A stretch of 64,000 bases of DNA from Amoebophrya sp. A120. Taxonomy: Eukaryota > Protista > Dinoflagellata. Of this stretch, positions 37,086 through 49,898 are shown piece after piece. A model generated the notes under the pieces. The model did no database searches and was not told the origin of the DNA. It was given only the letters and a program-made list of their open reading frames with translations. Each line of letters opens with the position of its first letter. The first letter of the stretch is position 1. The stretch is taken from positions 6,233,860-6,297,859 of the forward strand of contig CAJINV010000001.1 in assembly GCA_905178155.1 (NCBI GenBank), read 5' to 3'. Made by a program: the position numbers and the translations under genes.

Positions 37086-37595
37086 GTCGAGCAAGGACCT
37101 AGCTTTCTTGCACTCGAAAGCGAAAAGAGGATCGCAAAACTTGTACAAAATCCATCTAACAACATGATGTAAAGTTTTTTTCGAAGCGAGCCCGAACCTG
37201 TGTCGCTGAAGGGCTTTTTTGCAACACCCTGCTGACCTGTTTCTGTGCTGCTGGTTGTATGATTTATTGTTTGTGCAGCAACATGATGAAGTATCAAGTC
37301 GAGCGTCTGGTTGCGCTAGCTCGCATTTGTCACACCGCGCACACCTGCCGAATTTTGTTTTTTGTGTGTAGCTGTTCGCCGTCGAAGTTTTCTTCTAGTT
37401 CATTGTCCAGTCGTCAACGTCATCCTGCCCCTGCATGCTATGTATTTTTCGGTGTCTACTGCTTGTGGTGTTTCTATCGGGAGATAAGGAAGAGTAAGTT
37501 TTTTTGGAACAGGTCGAGCGTTCTTCGTGGATCCAATTTGATGTCTTGCAAAGAAACTGAGTGGATTCTGAACTCCGCCCATCAATTTGTCCAGG

Positions 37596-39569
37596 ATGCG
37601 AAGGAAAACGCCTCGTGGCGTTTTGTTCCCCAGTTACTTGTGGTTGCTTCTGCTCAATTACGGTTCGACACTCTACTTCGGGGCGAAGGCAGCAAGAACA
37701 CCGCCTCAAGGGGCGATAAGTATCTCATCCGGCAGCACGACAAAGGATAAGGAGCAGGAAAATGATGTCGGCGTCATCAGCGAAAATGCAATCGCCTCAT
37801 CTTCACGACCGCGACAGACGTCCGAGACACTCTTCAAGTCGATCCCCCTGAAAGACGTGCAGGATGTCCAGTTGCAAGTCGAGGTTGGAATAGGCCAGCC
37901 AGCACAGAAGTTTAGTCTGGTACTGGACACCGGCTCCTCCGATGCTTGGGTGTTCGCGAAAAATTTCACCGTTCCGGCCAGCGTGGAGAGCACCGCGCTT
38001 GCCGTCGAACCGAGGACCTTCGACATTGCCACTTCAAAAACTGCCAAGCCGTGGTGGCATGATATACGGACAGTAGAAGAAAATCATGGAGCTGTATCTT
38101 CTACTGAAGGAACGGATGCGCACGCCTCGAGAAAAGCCGCGTTCACCAGAACGCCCACCCGTGTGGAGTTTCGCTATGGCGACGGTAGTCGTGTGGAAGC
38201 TTTCGCTTTCACGGACACGCTGGCGTTGGAAACGACGGACGTACTTTCCGCTGCTACGAGCCTGGTCGTCCCGAACCAATTTCTCCTTGCGGCGGATAAA
38301 ATGACGAACCGAAACATAGGCCACGCGATGCACGCCGACGGGGTTCTGGGGCTCGCGCACTACTTCGAGGACGTGATCGGGCCCCGACCGCGCTCGGCCA
38401 AAACGTTCATTCACGCGCTGTTTGACCAATACCCAGACCTGGATCGGCAGTTCAGCCTCTACCTGCAGCCAGACGCCAGTCTGGACGAGAAGGTGAGTAG
38501 TACTAGTGTCCTTGCAGATGAGGCAGAGACCGACGAAAGAAGCACAGGGAGGTCGTTGTCTTTGACATCAGCTACAGCTTCAAAAGCAACGGTCAAGACC
38601 ACGACCACGAGCAAGAAATCCCAGCTCTTCTTCGGAAAAGTCCCACTTGCGGAAGTGTTCCAAGCCGAGGCGAAGGGCCACGACGTGGAAAAACTGATGC
38701 GATTCGGGCGGAAGTACTACATGGACCGCACGGACCTGTGGATTACCTCCATCTGGTCGCTGGGGTGGAATGCGCAACCGGCGTACACGTTCACAGGAGG
38801 TGGGGAGGTCGGCGCGCCCGCCCTGATCGATTCAGGTTCGAGCTTTCTCGTCGTCTCCAGCACGGTGTTCGACTCGTTGTTCGCGAGTAAACTCGACGGA
38901 GCACCTTTTGCGTTAACCTCGACGTCGGGGACAACTTCTTCCGACAACACGCCGACCCTCCAACACGCAACACCAATAGCAGGAAAAAACCACCACCACC
39001 AGCCTCCCCCGCTTAACCTGCATTGTGAGCCCTACCCCGGGAAGGACAGTCTCCGGATTTGCGACTGCCCGGCAGACGACGCCGAGAAAAAGCAGCTCCC
39101 CGCCCTCGTCGCGAACCTCGTCGACCACGAGGACCAGCTGCTACCGCTCTGCCTCGCGCCCGACGAGTACTTGGTGAAGACAAACCACCCCGTCACGGGC
39201 GAGCCGAAGTGCGTGCCGGCGGTGGAGCGCGGCTCCTCGACGCAAGCGGTGCCGGTCATCATCGGCTTGGTGTTTCTGCGCACTTTCTTCACGCGTTTCG
39301 ACTTGGATCGGCACCAAATAGGTTTCACGCGCATCCGGAATCACGATCTGGCCGCGCCGTGGTGCGGTCCAATACCCGCGGAGGGCGTAGCGGAAAGTTG
39401 GGTCGATTATTTCCTCTCCGCGTACTTCTCCGAGCAGGTTGTCTACTTAACCGCAGGGGTTTTATGCGGCGGAGCGATGTTTGCAGTCGCGAATCTCGTG
39501 CACAAAAAGTGGTGGCGGGCCAGGCAAGGAGGGGCCGCTGCGTCCTCACCGGCATTGCTGTTGGAGTGA
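37596..39569 (+). CDS. Membrane-anchored pepsin-family (A1) aspartic protease
   Basis: N-terminal hydrophobic segment; LVLDTGSSDAWV, flap YGDG, DGVLGLA, ALIDSGSS, IIGLVFLR; C-terminal TM; intronless. Confidence 0.93.
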   Translation: MRRKTPRGVLFPSYLWLLLLNYGSTLYFGAKAARTPPQGAISISSGSTTKDKEQENDVGVISENAIASSSRPRQTSETLFKSIPLKDVQDVQLQVEVGIGQPAQKFSLVLDTGSSDAWVFAKNFTVPASVESTALAVEPRTFDIATSKTAKPWWHDIRTVEENHGAVSSTEGTDAHASRKAAFTRTPTRVEFRYGDGSRVEAFAFTDTLALETTDVLSAATSLVVPNQFLLAADKMTNRNIGHAMHADGVLGLAHYFEDVIGPRPRSAKTFIHALFDQYPDLDRQFSLYLQPDASLDEKVSSTSVLADEAETDERSTGRSLSLTSATASKATVKTTTTSKKSQLFFGKVPLAEVFQAEAKGHDVEKLMRFGRKYYMDRTDLWITSIWSLGWNAQPAYTFTGGGEVGAPALIDSGSSFLVVSSTVFDSLFASKLDGAPFALTSTSGTTSSDNTPTLQHATPIAGKNHHHQPPPLNLHCEPYPGKDSLRICDCPADDAEKKQLPALVANLVDHEDQLLPLCLAPDEYLVKTNHPVTGEPKCVPAVERGSSTQAVPVIIGLVFLRTFFTRFDLDRHQIGFTRIRNHDLAAPWCGPIPAEGVAESWVDYFLSAYFSEQVVYLTAGVLCGGAMFAVANLVHKKWWRARQGGAAASSPALLLE

Positions 39570-40022
39570 GACGTAGACGTTGGGCGGTGAGCTTGACGGG
39601 ATGAACTTGCTGCAGATTCATTTTTAATCGTTTCATCATGCTGCAAAGACTTTTACCACCAGAATCAAGCTTGCTTCTTACGCATCAACGATGTGTCAAC
39701 ATGTTGAAGATCCAAAGTAGCTGCGACAGAGGTGGCGAACCGGACTGGCCTCCTGGTAGCGGAAAAAAATGTTCCGGTCTGGGGCCATGAAGAAAAACGG
39801 CAACCACCAGATTTCGGTTTGCAGCAAGAACATTATTTCACTCATCATCTACTTCATCTGCTATGCAGCAGCACTTTCACGGTGTGTACATTCTGTTCGG
39901 TTGTTGGTGTGTATAGTCATCAAGATGTCGTGAGATTCATTTTTTGGTCACCGCCTAGAAGAGGGTCTAGGGCTACCTAGTTGAAATCCGTGGTCGTCCT
40001 CCTCCAGTGAAAAGAAAAGAAG

Positions 40023-43000
40023 ATGGCGCGGCCTTTCTGGCGTATGTTGCTTTATCATGCTCTTGCTCTCTGCATCTATTTCTCCGCCGGTGGAGATGCA
40101 GGTGAGACTCATAGTGTTACGGAAGAGAGAACACCGGCGCAATTCACGTCAACGTTTCGACCGCAGGCCACCGCTAGGGTGCCGGCGTCCTCTGCTGCAG
40201 CACCAAGAACAGTTCCGAGCAGTCGAAAGGCTGAGGACTCATCGACGACGAAAGAAGCCATCGCTCGAGCGCAAGAGCCACTAGGTGTAGATGTAAATGA
40301 AGAAGAAGCTCCTGCGCAAGAACACCAACAGCGACAGCACCTTCGAGCGCCGCCGTCCAGCACCAGCACTTCTTCGCCTGCTGGTACTACACCATCATCA
40401 GCTCCCCCACCACCTCCCAACAAGAACATCCGCTTAAAAAGTTTTGCCGGTCTGCACCCGCACATGCACGAGTTCATGGATTTTTCGGACGAGTACGGGC
40501 GACAACGCATTTTTCGCGGCACGAACTTGGTGATCAAAGGTCCGCCCTACCTTCCCTACCGCGAAGGGTTCGACCGAGAGGTTTCCTTGGTCAAAAGAGA
40601 CTACGAATTGATGAAGAAATCCGGCTTGAACCTCATCCGCCTCGGCGTGATGTGGGTGGGCGCCCAGCCAATCGACCGAAGTAGCTGGAACGAGACCTAC
40701 TTTTCTCAAACGGCGGAACTGATCGACGAAGCGAAGGAACACGGCATTTTCGTCCTCGCCGATATGCATCAGGACTGCTACGCCGAGGCTTTTTGCGGCG
40801 AGGGCATGCCGGCCTGGGCTTCGAAAACAAACCACTACGAGTTGGAAGATACTGTTGCAAAAAATCGCAATAGTGGAAATATCATCGAAAAGACACTCTC
40901 CAGCGTCGAGAACCAAGTCAATAAAAACATCTTCACGGATTACCTCGACAAGTTTCCCCGTCCCGTCTACCCCGAATTCACGGAGTTTCAGAATTTCACC
41001 AATCCCTTCTACTTCAACGGAGTGATTCCCTACCGCAAGGACTGCGGCGCCCTGGACAACCATTTGGGGAATGTGCAGGCCTCGTACGCCGCGGAGGCGA
41101 CCGGACAGGCCTTTCAAAACCTGTACCAAAACGGAGACGGATTGACGGACGCGTGGGCGGCATTCTTCAAAAAAGTGACGGAAATCACGAAGCCACGAGA
41201 CAACGTGCTAGGTACTTCTTCAGCTTTCTCGATCCGCCCGAAAACGAAGAGAATGAAATTCCAAGTCCAACCCTAGTAATGTGGCTTTCCGTTTCCTCGT
41301 GTTTTTTTCCTGGTGCTCTGGAACACTTATCTCTTTTCTTTTTTGTTCTGGGTTTTGCCTACACCCTCCCTCTTCTATTCATCCAGGTCTTGAGCTTCTG
41401 AACGAGCCGTTCGCGGGGAACATTTACACGAATCCGATGCTCGCCATCCCCCGGTTCGCCGACGCCTGGAACCTGCAGCCGGCGTACGACGTCGTCGCGA
41501 AAGCGATCCGGGAGGTGGACGAGGAGGAGCTGATTTTTTTTGCCGGCGTCACCTGGGCCGACATGGGAGACCACGTAACCTACAACGGGTTCAGCCATCC
41601 ACCGGGAGGGCATGGCTACAAGGTATGATCACGAATTCCCGTCGATCCCACATAATTGCTTCTTCGCATAAAGGTAGAGCCGTAGCCTCGCACAGGGTGA
41701 GCTTTCCCAGCATGTCAAAAGCGAATGCATCATGTTCATTCGCAACTTTATCACTATCAGGATCGCAGTGTAATGGCGTACCACTACTACATGCCTCCGC
41801 AAGAGACGAACTCCAGCGCCAACTACTACCACAACTGGGTGGTGCCCAACGCGGAGCGGCTCGGCACGGCGCAGATGATGACGGAGTTCGACCGGGGCAC
41901 TCCAGAACAGGACTTCCAGCAGTTCGAGCGGGTGGGCGTCAGCTGGGCGTGGTGGGAATGGAAAAGCTACTGCAAGAACACGGAAAGCTCCAAAGACGAT
42001 CCCTCGCAGTTTGCCGCCTGGGGAAGCTGCAAAACCGGGTACGGGGGCGTGTTTCCGGTACTATAATTGGCTCATGTATAAAAAAAAAATGCCGCGTCCA
42101 GAGCGGTTCCAAGTAGTAGTTATGGCGCAGCCCCCTTCAGTTTTTTCTACTCCTACAGCAGATAGACAATCACCCACATTCGAATGGTCGATGTTGTCAT
42201 GACAAAACCCAACCCAAAAACAAATATCACCAACAGCCCGACAACGACAAGCCGGTCCTCGGGCTGTACAGCAAGCTGGTTCGGATGTACCCGCAGGCGA
42301 TTCAGGGCGTCTTCATCCAGAGTTTTTACAACGTCACCAATTTTCAGCTGGATTTCGAGTTCACGCTGGATCCGGAGATCTGCGCGCCGACGGAGCTGTA
42401 CATCGGTTCCGTGTACGACACGGGTGAGTACAGTGCGGTGGAGGTGAAAAAGACTCTCCCGCATGTCTACGACAGTGCCTTTTTCCACCGAAAAACCGAT
42501 AAACGGGAAGAAAATAAGGACAGACAGATCGAGGAAAGGCTAGTGGACGCGATCTTCGAGAACGAGGATGTGTTCCGCATGCCGTTGGATGTAGTTCACG
42601 AGAACCTCGTCAACTCAGAGGCAGGACAACGACCCGATGCATCACAACGAGAAACAGGAAGTACAGAAACTGAAACGAGCCGACCGAAAGCATCAACAAC
42701 CACGGCAGGCGAGCTGGTGGTGCATGTTTCACCGCAGGGGGCGTTGAAAAACGAGGGCGTGAAGGATTTGATCCTTTCCCTGCGTGCAGCAGACGGCGTT
42801 CCGAAGAACACAATCGTGAAAATGAGAATTCAAAGACGGTTTTTCGTGGATAAGAAGGAAATCGACGAAAGTACAGCGGCGCAGGAGTTGATGCAAGATG
42901 CAGTGCTCTTGTCGACTGCACCTGGACCGAGCTCGTCTTTCATGAAAGCAACGTCATCGAGGGCTCGACACCACGACGACCAAGGAAACTCTTTAACGAG

Positions 43001-43277
43001 TCGAGCTCCGCAACGGGAACAGGTGCTATCGCCAGACTTCTTCAAACCGTCTAGGCCGACTGCATTGGACCGGCAGAAACTGCGCGACGTTCTCACGGAT
43101 GAAGCCTGGCGATTCTTTCGTCAAGCAGCGCGAGACGAGAGGTTTCCCCCGGTGCTAAGAGAAAACCATGATATGCCCACCACGGCGAGTGAGCGCCTGT
43201 GGGACGCTACTAATATTCTGGGTACTAAAGGGACGACACCGCCGTCGGCGGAATACGAGCTTGAGGTTTACAATTAG
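40023..43277 (+). CDS. Secreted GH5 endoglycoceramidase-like glycoside hydrolase
   Basis: Signal peptide; GRQRIFRGTNLVIKGPP, NLIRLGVMW, DMHQD, acid/base LLNEP, YHYY, nucleophile MTEF, WAWWEWK, RMYPQAIQG. GT-AG introns 41212-41386, 41623-41760, 42058-42236. Confidence 0.9.
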
Positions 43278-44366
43278 GATTAGCGGAAGACGTTGAGGTC
43301 TAGCAGAAGGGGGAGCAGGAGCATACATGAACATAAACCGCAGCTCCACGTGCATTCGACGTCGTGGTGCTCATCCTTGTACGGTATTTTTGCAATTTAG
43401 CATGCAATTTGTAGCTGTTTCCTAACAAACGAAAAAGAGAAATTCCAAAACGAAATCGTGAACAAGGAGAAAATGAAATTGAAAATACTTAAGTAGTCTA
43501 CGTAGCTCGACGTGGTCGTGGTCGATGCCTTTCTTTTGTATCATACGTTAGTGAAAGTTGAATGAAACAATTTGAAAATAAGAACTAGGTAGAACACATT
43601 TTTAGAAGTTGTATGGTTCTTGTTTAGCACAAGTGCCGTCCGGATTCTAGTCCTACCACTGCTGTTATCGATGTGTGAAAATACGCAGTCGCAGAGAAAA
43701 CGACAAATGAACCCCGCACGTGCAGAAAATTGGAATTGGTGCACTTGCAATCAAATAATGAATAGAAATACAGCATACCATAATACCTTCGATGTTGAAG
43801 CTGTGTAATCAAAGACAAAGACATTTTGGTTTTCTAACTTTTTCCCCATCAACGCAAAAGGGTCTTCTCTTTCTCTTGTGTGGTCGAACGTTAACGCACC
43901 GCAGCGCCAAGGAGCACAGTCAAATACAGTCGTATGCGTACTACTAAATGAGCCTTACGCGGAAAATTATCCTTTTCGTTGTGAAGTTGTTGTTGTTCGC
44001 ACTGGCCAGCCGCACTTTCTTCAGCAAGATCAGCAGCAAATCATTTCTATGGTTCCTCGTGTGTGGACGTCTTGACTACAGAGGGAACATATTCGATGTA
44101 GTTCGAGCAGCACCAGGAGCTCTACCAGATTGCTGTGAGCGTGGCAGGTGGTGAAAAAACGCCAACAGATGTTTACTTATGTCATAAGTAAACATATTTT
44201 AAATTTGTTTCTAAAAATGGCAGCAGAAGTAGATGAATTCGACGTGATGGTGACTGATCGTAAACTAACTTAATAAATCATTACTTTGTTCATAGCAGTA
44301 ATCCACCGCCAGGGCCGGGGCATCGGTCTTTCTTGAACTGATTACAATACGAATCGAAGTTTCAAC

Positions 44367-45563
44367 ATGGCTGCAGTACAGGAGCCATCTTTCGCGGACG
44401 CAACTGCTGACACCGTAGCTGCATCCCCGGCCTCACTAGATTTCAGAACAGACGAAGAAGTCCCTTCTCTCGCCTTTGGTAGATGGGTCGAGAAGCGTGT
44501 GGGACACTTCGCAGCGGATTTAGAGTCGCGAGTGCGCGAAGCCGCTGAACAAAACAGAACAGCGATCGCGCAAGAACCATCAAGAACTGCCGAGATTTTG
44601 AACAGAGGAACGATGCTGGTGGAAGAGATTGCACCAATCGTTGATGACATCAAATTTCACTCCATCTGTGTAGAACGTGCACGACTTGGACATTTTTGCA
44701 GCGTGAGCGATATCCATGCGCTAGACGCTAACGTCAGCGATTGCGAATTCTTCGCATGGATACAGCCTGTCAAAGCCGAGGATGCAGACACGACGGGCGG
44801 CAGCGTGGTCAGACCTGACGCAGACCCGGACAGATGGATCTGCGGCGACGCACTCGAAGTCTGGGAACGCACCGAGGAGCCCGACCAGGGTCCCCCGGGG
44901 CTTACCTATCGAGGTGTTCGCGACGGCGACCTCGGCGTACGAGGATTTGACTCGTCGATAAGCTTGTCCATTGCACAGGACCAGTTGCGAATGTGGATGG
45001 CCGTGGTGCGACGGCGCTGGGGAGCAGCCACGCCAGTTCCCAACCTGCCCGCGGAGATTTTTCGCAAGATCAAGATGTATCTCCGACCCGTCAGTAGTGT
45101 CCTGCTGCAGCCGATGTACCTCGCTAGTGTCGCGGTGGCCAAGCGCCAGCACGATTTGGAACTCCTGCTCGCCGTTGGGCTCGCTCACTACCTCGACTCC
45201 GCGCACAATCTTGCTTCGAAAAGCTACGAAGTGAAGGGGGAGTGGTTTACGTCCAGTGCTCACAGCGATGTTCGCGTGCCGGGAAACACCGTCTTTACGG
45301 TGATGCTATCTGGAAAGTTCTTCTCAGTGGAGGGGGCGGACATCTGGCCGAGCGCTAGCGAGCAGCAGTTGACAAGTTCTAGTGCGTGGAACACGAAGCG
45401 ACAAGAGGAAGTAGAGCAAGGCGATCCGTTTGTCCGACCATCCGAAAGTGAGGCGACGTATGAATCCATCACGAAAATTCTGCGTACATTTTTCGAAGCA
45501 AAAGGCTTGAAGTTCACTCATGACGAGGAGGAGCGGCAAAAATTCACCATCTCGTGGGCGTGA
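44367..45563 (+). CDS. Unknown ~400-aa protein, tandem paralogue 1 (internal F-box-like motif)
   Basis: Intronless ORF; shares WVEKR, QDQLRMWMAVVRRRW, DPFVR, LRTFFEAKGL..KFTISWA with 46255 and 49899; motif NLPAEIFRKIKMYL. Confidence 0.88.
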   Translation: MAAVQEPSFADATADTVAASPASLDFRTDEEVPSLAFGRWVEKRVGHFAADLESRVREAAEQNRTAIAQEPSRTAEILNRGTMLVEEIAPIVDDIKFHSICVERARLGHFCSVSDIHALDANVSDCEFFAWIQPVKAEDADTTGGSVVRPDADPDRWICGDALEVWERTEEPDQGPPGLTYRGVRDGDLGVRGFDSSISLSIAQDQLRMWMAVVRRRWGAATPVPNLPAEIFRKIKMYLRPVSSVLLQPMYLASVAVAKRQHDLELLLAVGLAHYLDSAHNLASKSYEVKGEWFTSSAHSDVRVPGNTVFTVMLSGKFFSVEGADIWPSASEQQLTSSSAWNTKRQEEVEQGDPFVRPSESEATYESITKILRTFFEAKGLKFTHDEEERQKFTISWA

Positions 45564-46254
45564 AGCAACTTAATCTGCTGCGTTGCTTCTTCGAGATCGA
45601 GGTAAAGGCTCTGCAAAGAAAAAACTGGAACTGCAGCTTCAGCTTTAATCGACGTTGATGTCATCTTTTACTCCCTGGCTTTTGCGAACGAGAGAAGCGA
45701 AGGTCTACCTCCAGTACTCGCGTGGTTGGTTCGCGTGACCGTAGGTGGAAATTGCGACACACCGTGACCGTGTGCAGCCACAGCTGGTGCTTCCTTGCAA
45801 ACTGACTTCGTGTTGCGAACTACTCGACGAGGAAGAACGATAAAAATTAATATACCCTTTCAAAATGCAGATCAAGAAAGCGGCACTTTTCATTCTATTG
45901 AAGGGTCGTTGTTGACAAAACTCTTCCTGCTCGCGTACTTAAGTACATGGCCAGTGGAATTTAGATTATATTCGGATCCTCGGCACTTGCAGTGTTCGTC
46001 TGAATTTTTGGTACATCGCGATCATTCATCTCCGCAACGCAAACGAACCAGACAAACTGCTCCTGCACTCATCGCGCGGCTGCTCCGCGGTCTACTTCTT
46101 TCGCGGTTTATTGATAGTGTTAGTCGTTTTTGTCGTCCAGCTCCAGGACTAAACGCTGAATTACCTCAATTCTCGCTTTCCTATCCTTGCGATTTCAAAA
46201 GGCTAAGCGCCTGGATGGAAATTTAGAACCTCTACTACCAGCTATTGTTCCAAG

Positions 46255-47472
46255 ATGGCAGCCCAGGTTCCGGGGACGGAGGAGAAGGAGCAAAGACCTG
46301 TATTGAGGAAGCGGATAGTGCGCACAGACATACAAGTTCCTTCTTTGGTTTACGGGCGGTGGGTCGAGAAACGCTTCGAAGAATTCTCTGCTGGACTTAA
46401 GAAGTATCTGCAAGATGCAGCGGAGCAAAACAGGAGAGCAATAGCTGAAGACCCATCCAAAACTGCCGAAATTCTGCAGAAGGGCGCAACGCTAGCAGAA
46501 GATGTCGGTACTGTTGCGGACGACTTTTACCACCACACCTCTTGTGTCAGGAGCGCTAGACGAGGAAAGCTTTGCTGCGTGGAAGACCTCCTAGATGAAG
46601 ATGATGGAGCGGAAAGCGACGCTTTTCATTGGATTCCGCCCAAGCGGCACCCCGCCTGTCCGCCCACGCACTTGGTTGCGTATGACAGCAAAACGCTAAA
46701 AGAAACCAGCCGGGCCATATCCGGCGAGGTCCTCGAAATCTGGGAGCGTAAGGTAGATGAAGATCATAATGACAACGCGGGCCAAGAAGCAGGTCGAAGG
46801 CAAGAGAGCCCCCGTCTCGTACTTGAGGGTAAGAGGCAAATAAGTACTACTGTAGTGTCCCGTCTAAACTCATCCATTGTGCAGGACCAGATGCGGATGT
46901 GGATGGCGGTGGTGCGTAGGCGCTGGGATACAAAGGCGCAGGTTCCAAACCTTCCGTCAGAACTCTTCAGCAACATCGCAACTTACCTGCGACCCATCGC
47001 GAGTGTCATCTTGAATCCCATGTACCTCGCTAGCGTCGCGCAGGAGAAGCGCGCGCGCGATTTGGAAAAGCTGCTGGAAGCTGGACTCGCTCACTGCTTC
47101 GAAGCTGCTCACAATCTTTTTGACAACACATTTGAAGCGGACGGCGAAGTGTCTTGGTCGAAAAACGAGAACGATGTGCGCGAAGAAGGAAACACCATTT
47201 TCACGATAAAGCTGGCGGGGAAGTATTTTTCCGTCGAAGGCGAAGACATGTGGCCCAGCAAAAGCGAAGAGCAGCTAGTGAGTAGTCAAGTCTGGGAGGA
47301 AAAACGGCAGACGGAGATGAAAAGCAGCGACCCGTTCGTAAGGCCATCCGCAACTGAGGCGAAGTATGACAATATCGTCTCCGTCTTGCGCACGTTCTTC
47401 GAAGCAAAAGGGTTGCAGTTCACTCAAGACGAAGACGAACGGCAAAAATTCACGATCTCTTGGGCCCCCTGA
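46255..47472 (+). CDS. Unknown ~400-aa protein, tandem paralogue 2
   Basis: Same conserved blocks as paralogue 1; motif NLPSELFSNIATYL. Confidence 0.88.
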   Translation: MAAQVPGTEEKEQRPVLRKRIVRTDIQVPSLVYGRWVEKRFEEFSAGLKKYLQDAAEQNRRAIAEDPSKTAEILQKGATLAEDVGTVADDFYHHTSCVRSARRGKLCCVEDLLDEDDGAESDAFHWIPPKRHPACPPTHLVAYDSKTLKETSRAISGEVLEIWERKVDEDHNDNAGQEAGRRQESPRLVLEGKRQISTTVVSRLNSSIVQDQMRMWMAVVRRRWDTKAQVPNLPSELFSNIATYLRPIASVILNPMYLASVAQEKRARDLEKLLEAGLAHCFEAAHNLFDNTFEADGEVSWSKNENDVREEGNTIFTIKLAGKYFSVEGEDMWPSKSEEQLVSSQVWEEKRQTEMKSSDPFVRPSATEAKYDNIVSVLRTFFEAKGLQFTQDEDERQKFTISWAP

Positions 47473-49898
47473 AGAAGATATTAGTGACTATCACGTAATC
47501 GCTTTGGCTTTCCCGACGCCGACGAGAGTACTCCAAGTATGTGCTGATCAATCGGCCGGCTTTTCTACAGCGAGTGACTCACATCGTTCTTCAACTTGAC
47601 ATTAGAGACAAGTGCAAGTCGAGAGAATGAAATAAAAAGATATTTATAAGAATATAAAAACGCTCGGTCCGCCTCCGCCCGGCTCGTGTTCGGACACCGA
47701 CATCACCATCAGCGGCAGTTGCTTTCTTGTCTGTGGAATGCCAACGAAACCGAAGCTCAAAATCGTGAGCAGAAATATGAATCACCGAAGCTCGTCGAGA
47801 TCGAAGTCGAACGTGAGCAGAAATGTGGTGAAGAGAAATATGAATGCGTACAGATTTCAGATTCGTTCTAGTAGACGAGGAGTCGAGGTGTGCAGGTTCA
47901 ATCTTTCTAATATAGTATAGAGTCTCGTGGCCCAATCTATCTTTCTCAGGTCATTCGATGTGTCGTCCTACTTCGAGTTTCATTTTGCGCCATGGCTGTT
48001 CCTTCTTTCGGTAAAACTTCGGTTTGGATTTTCATTTCTAGTCACGCTAACGTTAATGTTAGAACTTGTGCGTTTCAACTTACCTAGACTTAGTTCATGA
48101 GCTACAACATCGTTCTGAATAGAAGTAACAAACAAATTCGTTGATAGTCGTTGAACTGTGTCCACCGGGTTTGCAGAGAAATATTGTGCTATTCTTTTAG
48201 AGCAAAGCAAAGATTAGAATTTTGATCGTATGGGGAGGGCTAGCTGAGCAGGATAGAGAATCTCGATTTCGATATCTGTTTGCGTATCGCGGTTTTACAG
48301 CGTTAGCGCTCGTTGTTCGATTGGCTAAAGCAACACACAAAACCAAACAGATTCCACAGTTGGGGCAAAGGATGGGGTAGTGGAGTAGGTAGCTTAGATG
48401 TCCACTGCGCCCTGATGCCCCAACAGACTCAACGACGTTCTCTATCTGTTACTAGCTTGGTTCTTTTTTGGCGGGGTTTTAAATAAGAAGGGCAACGATA
48501 AAGATGTCGCTAGTGCGTGACTCCTAATGTTCAAGAAGGCCTTTTTACGTTGTGAAGTACTTCTTTACAAATGGACCCAAAATAGGAGACCTAAGGTTCG
48601 GGCGTGAATTTCTTCACCCAGCTTCTGCTCCCTTCCTTGAGTTGCTGCGGTGTTGAAGTTTATGCCTATGCTCGACTGCGCGGGAGGGTTTTTGCCTTAC
48701 CCCTCTAAGGTCTCGGGGATCACGCTGCCACACTGTCACCAAACCCACGCCGACACTGCCAAACAGACTTTTTGATATAGAATAAAAGAGCCACAAAGAA
48801 GCATACTGCAGGGGGAAGGGAAAAGGCTTGCAGCTACCCAAAAAGCGCGGCCAAACATATCAGAGGGCTTGCCTGGGGGTAGTTTCTGCACAAGTGCCGC
48901 GCTTGTGTATTTATATCGCAGTAATGAAGTAGAAGAGCATGGGCACGATGGTCAGCAATTGCCCCCTTCTCTGCCTTCCTCCTGTAGCAATACTTCCAAA
49001 AAGAGCCGACGCACAGCCAACATTCCGACGCGCCCAGCCATGCATGTCGTGGCACTTGGAGGCCCCAAAGATTGCTTCTTCAAAACTCACAAGTGTGAGT
49101 TGAGATTTCCCGACCTTTAGGCTTAGCGTTTTAGGCGTGTGGGGCGGGTCAGTGGGCCACTAGGAGGAACAGGCACAGAAACACCACCAAAAAATGGAAG
49201 AGCAGCGTAGCGCAAGCGATGTTGCACTACTATGGTCGTCGCCTCATTTGCGCAGCATACGAGCAGGCAACCTGGTGGTGTGACTCACTGCCTACTGACC
49301 GATGTGAACAACTGTAACATCGTCGCGAGGAGAAGGGACGAGCAGTCTGGAGCCGCAAGGCAAAGGGGTCAGATGGCATTTACGAACCACGAATACGATG
49401 CCGCGATAGAACAAGGACGACGAGCCTGGATCATCTCTTTTTCCGATCTGAAGTTGTCTATGTGATATTTCGCTGCGTTATCTTTGTGATTTGTATTTAA
49501 AAAAAAAAAAAAATCTTTCTAACATTTTTTCGCCTCGACTTTGTTTGTGGGCAGTTCTGTTCACTGGTGATTGGCACTGAAAATAGATTCGTCACACCAT
49601 GATCTGCAGCTAGTACACTGATTGGTTTTTGTGGACCGTGACCCCGCGCCAATGCCATTGTTGATGAGTAAAGATACAGGATGCGCCCGCGTCATCGTAC
49701 AAGAGTCGCTATGTATGGGCCTCAGCAGGTGGTGCAGTTCGTTGGGAAGTTGTGCTCTCGTTTAAGTTTCTGGCTCTACCAAATAATGGTGAGCTGACAC
49801 AAATAACTAGGTGCTGTGATAGATAAAAGACACCACTACACTCCGCAATATCTCACTCCTACCAAGCTACGCTTGTTTTACGATTTTGATCGAGCAAC

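Noticed and set aside
47950-49500. Extra spacer between paralogues 2 and 3 as a transposon
   Set aside because: No TIR, TSD, LTR or coding motif found by eye.
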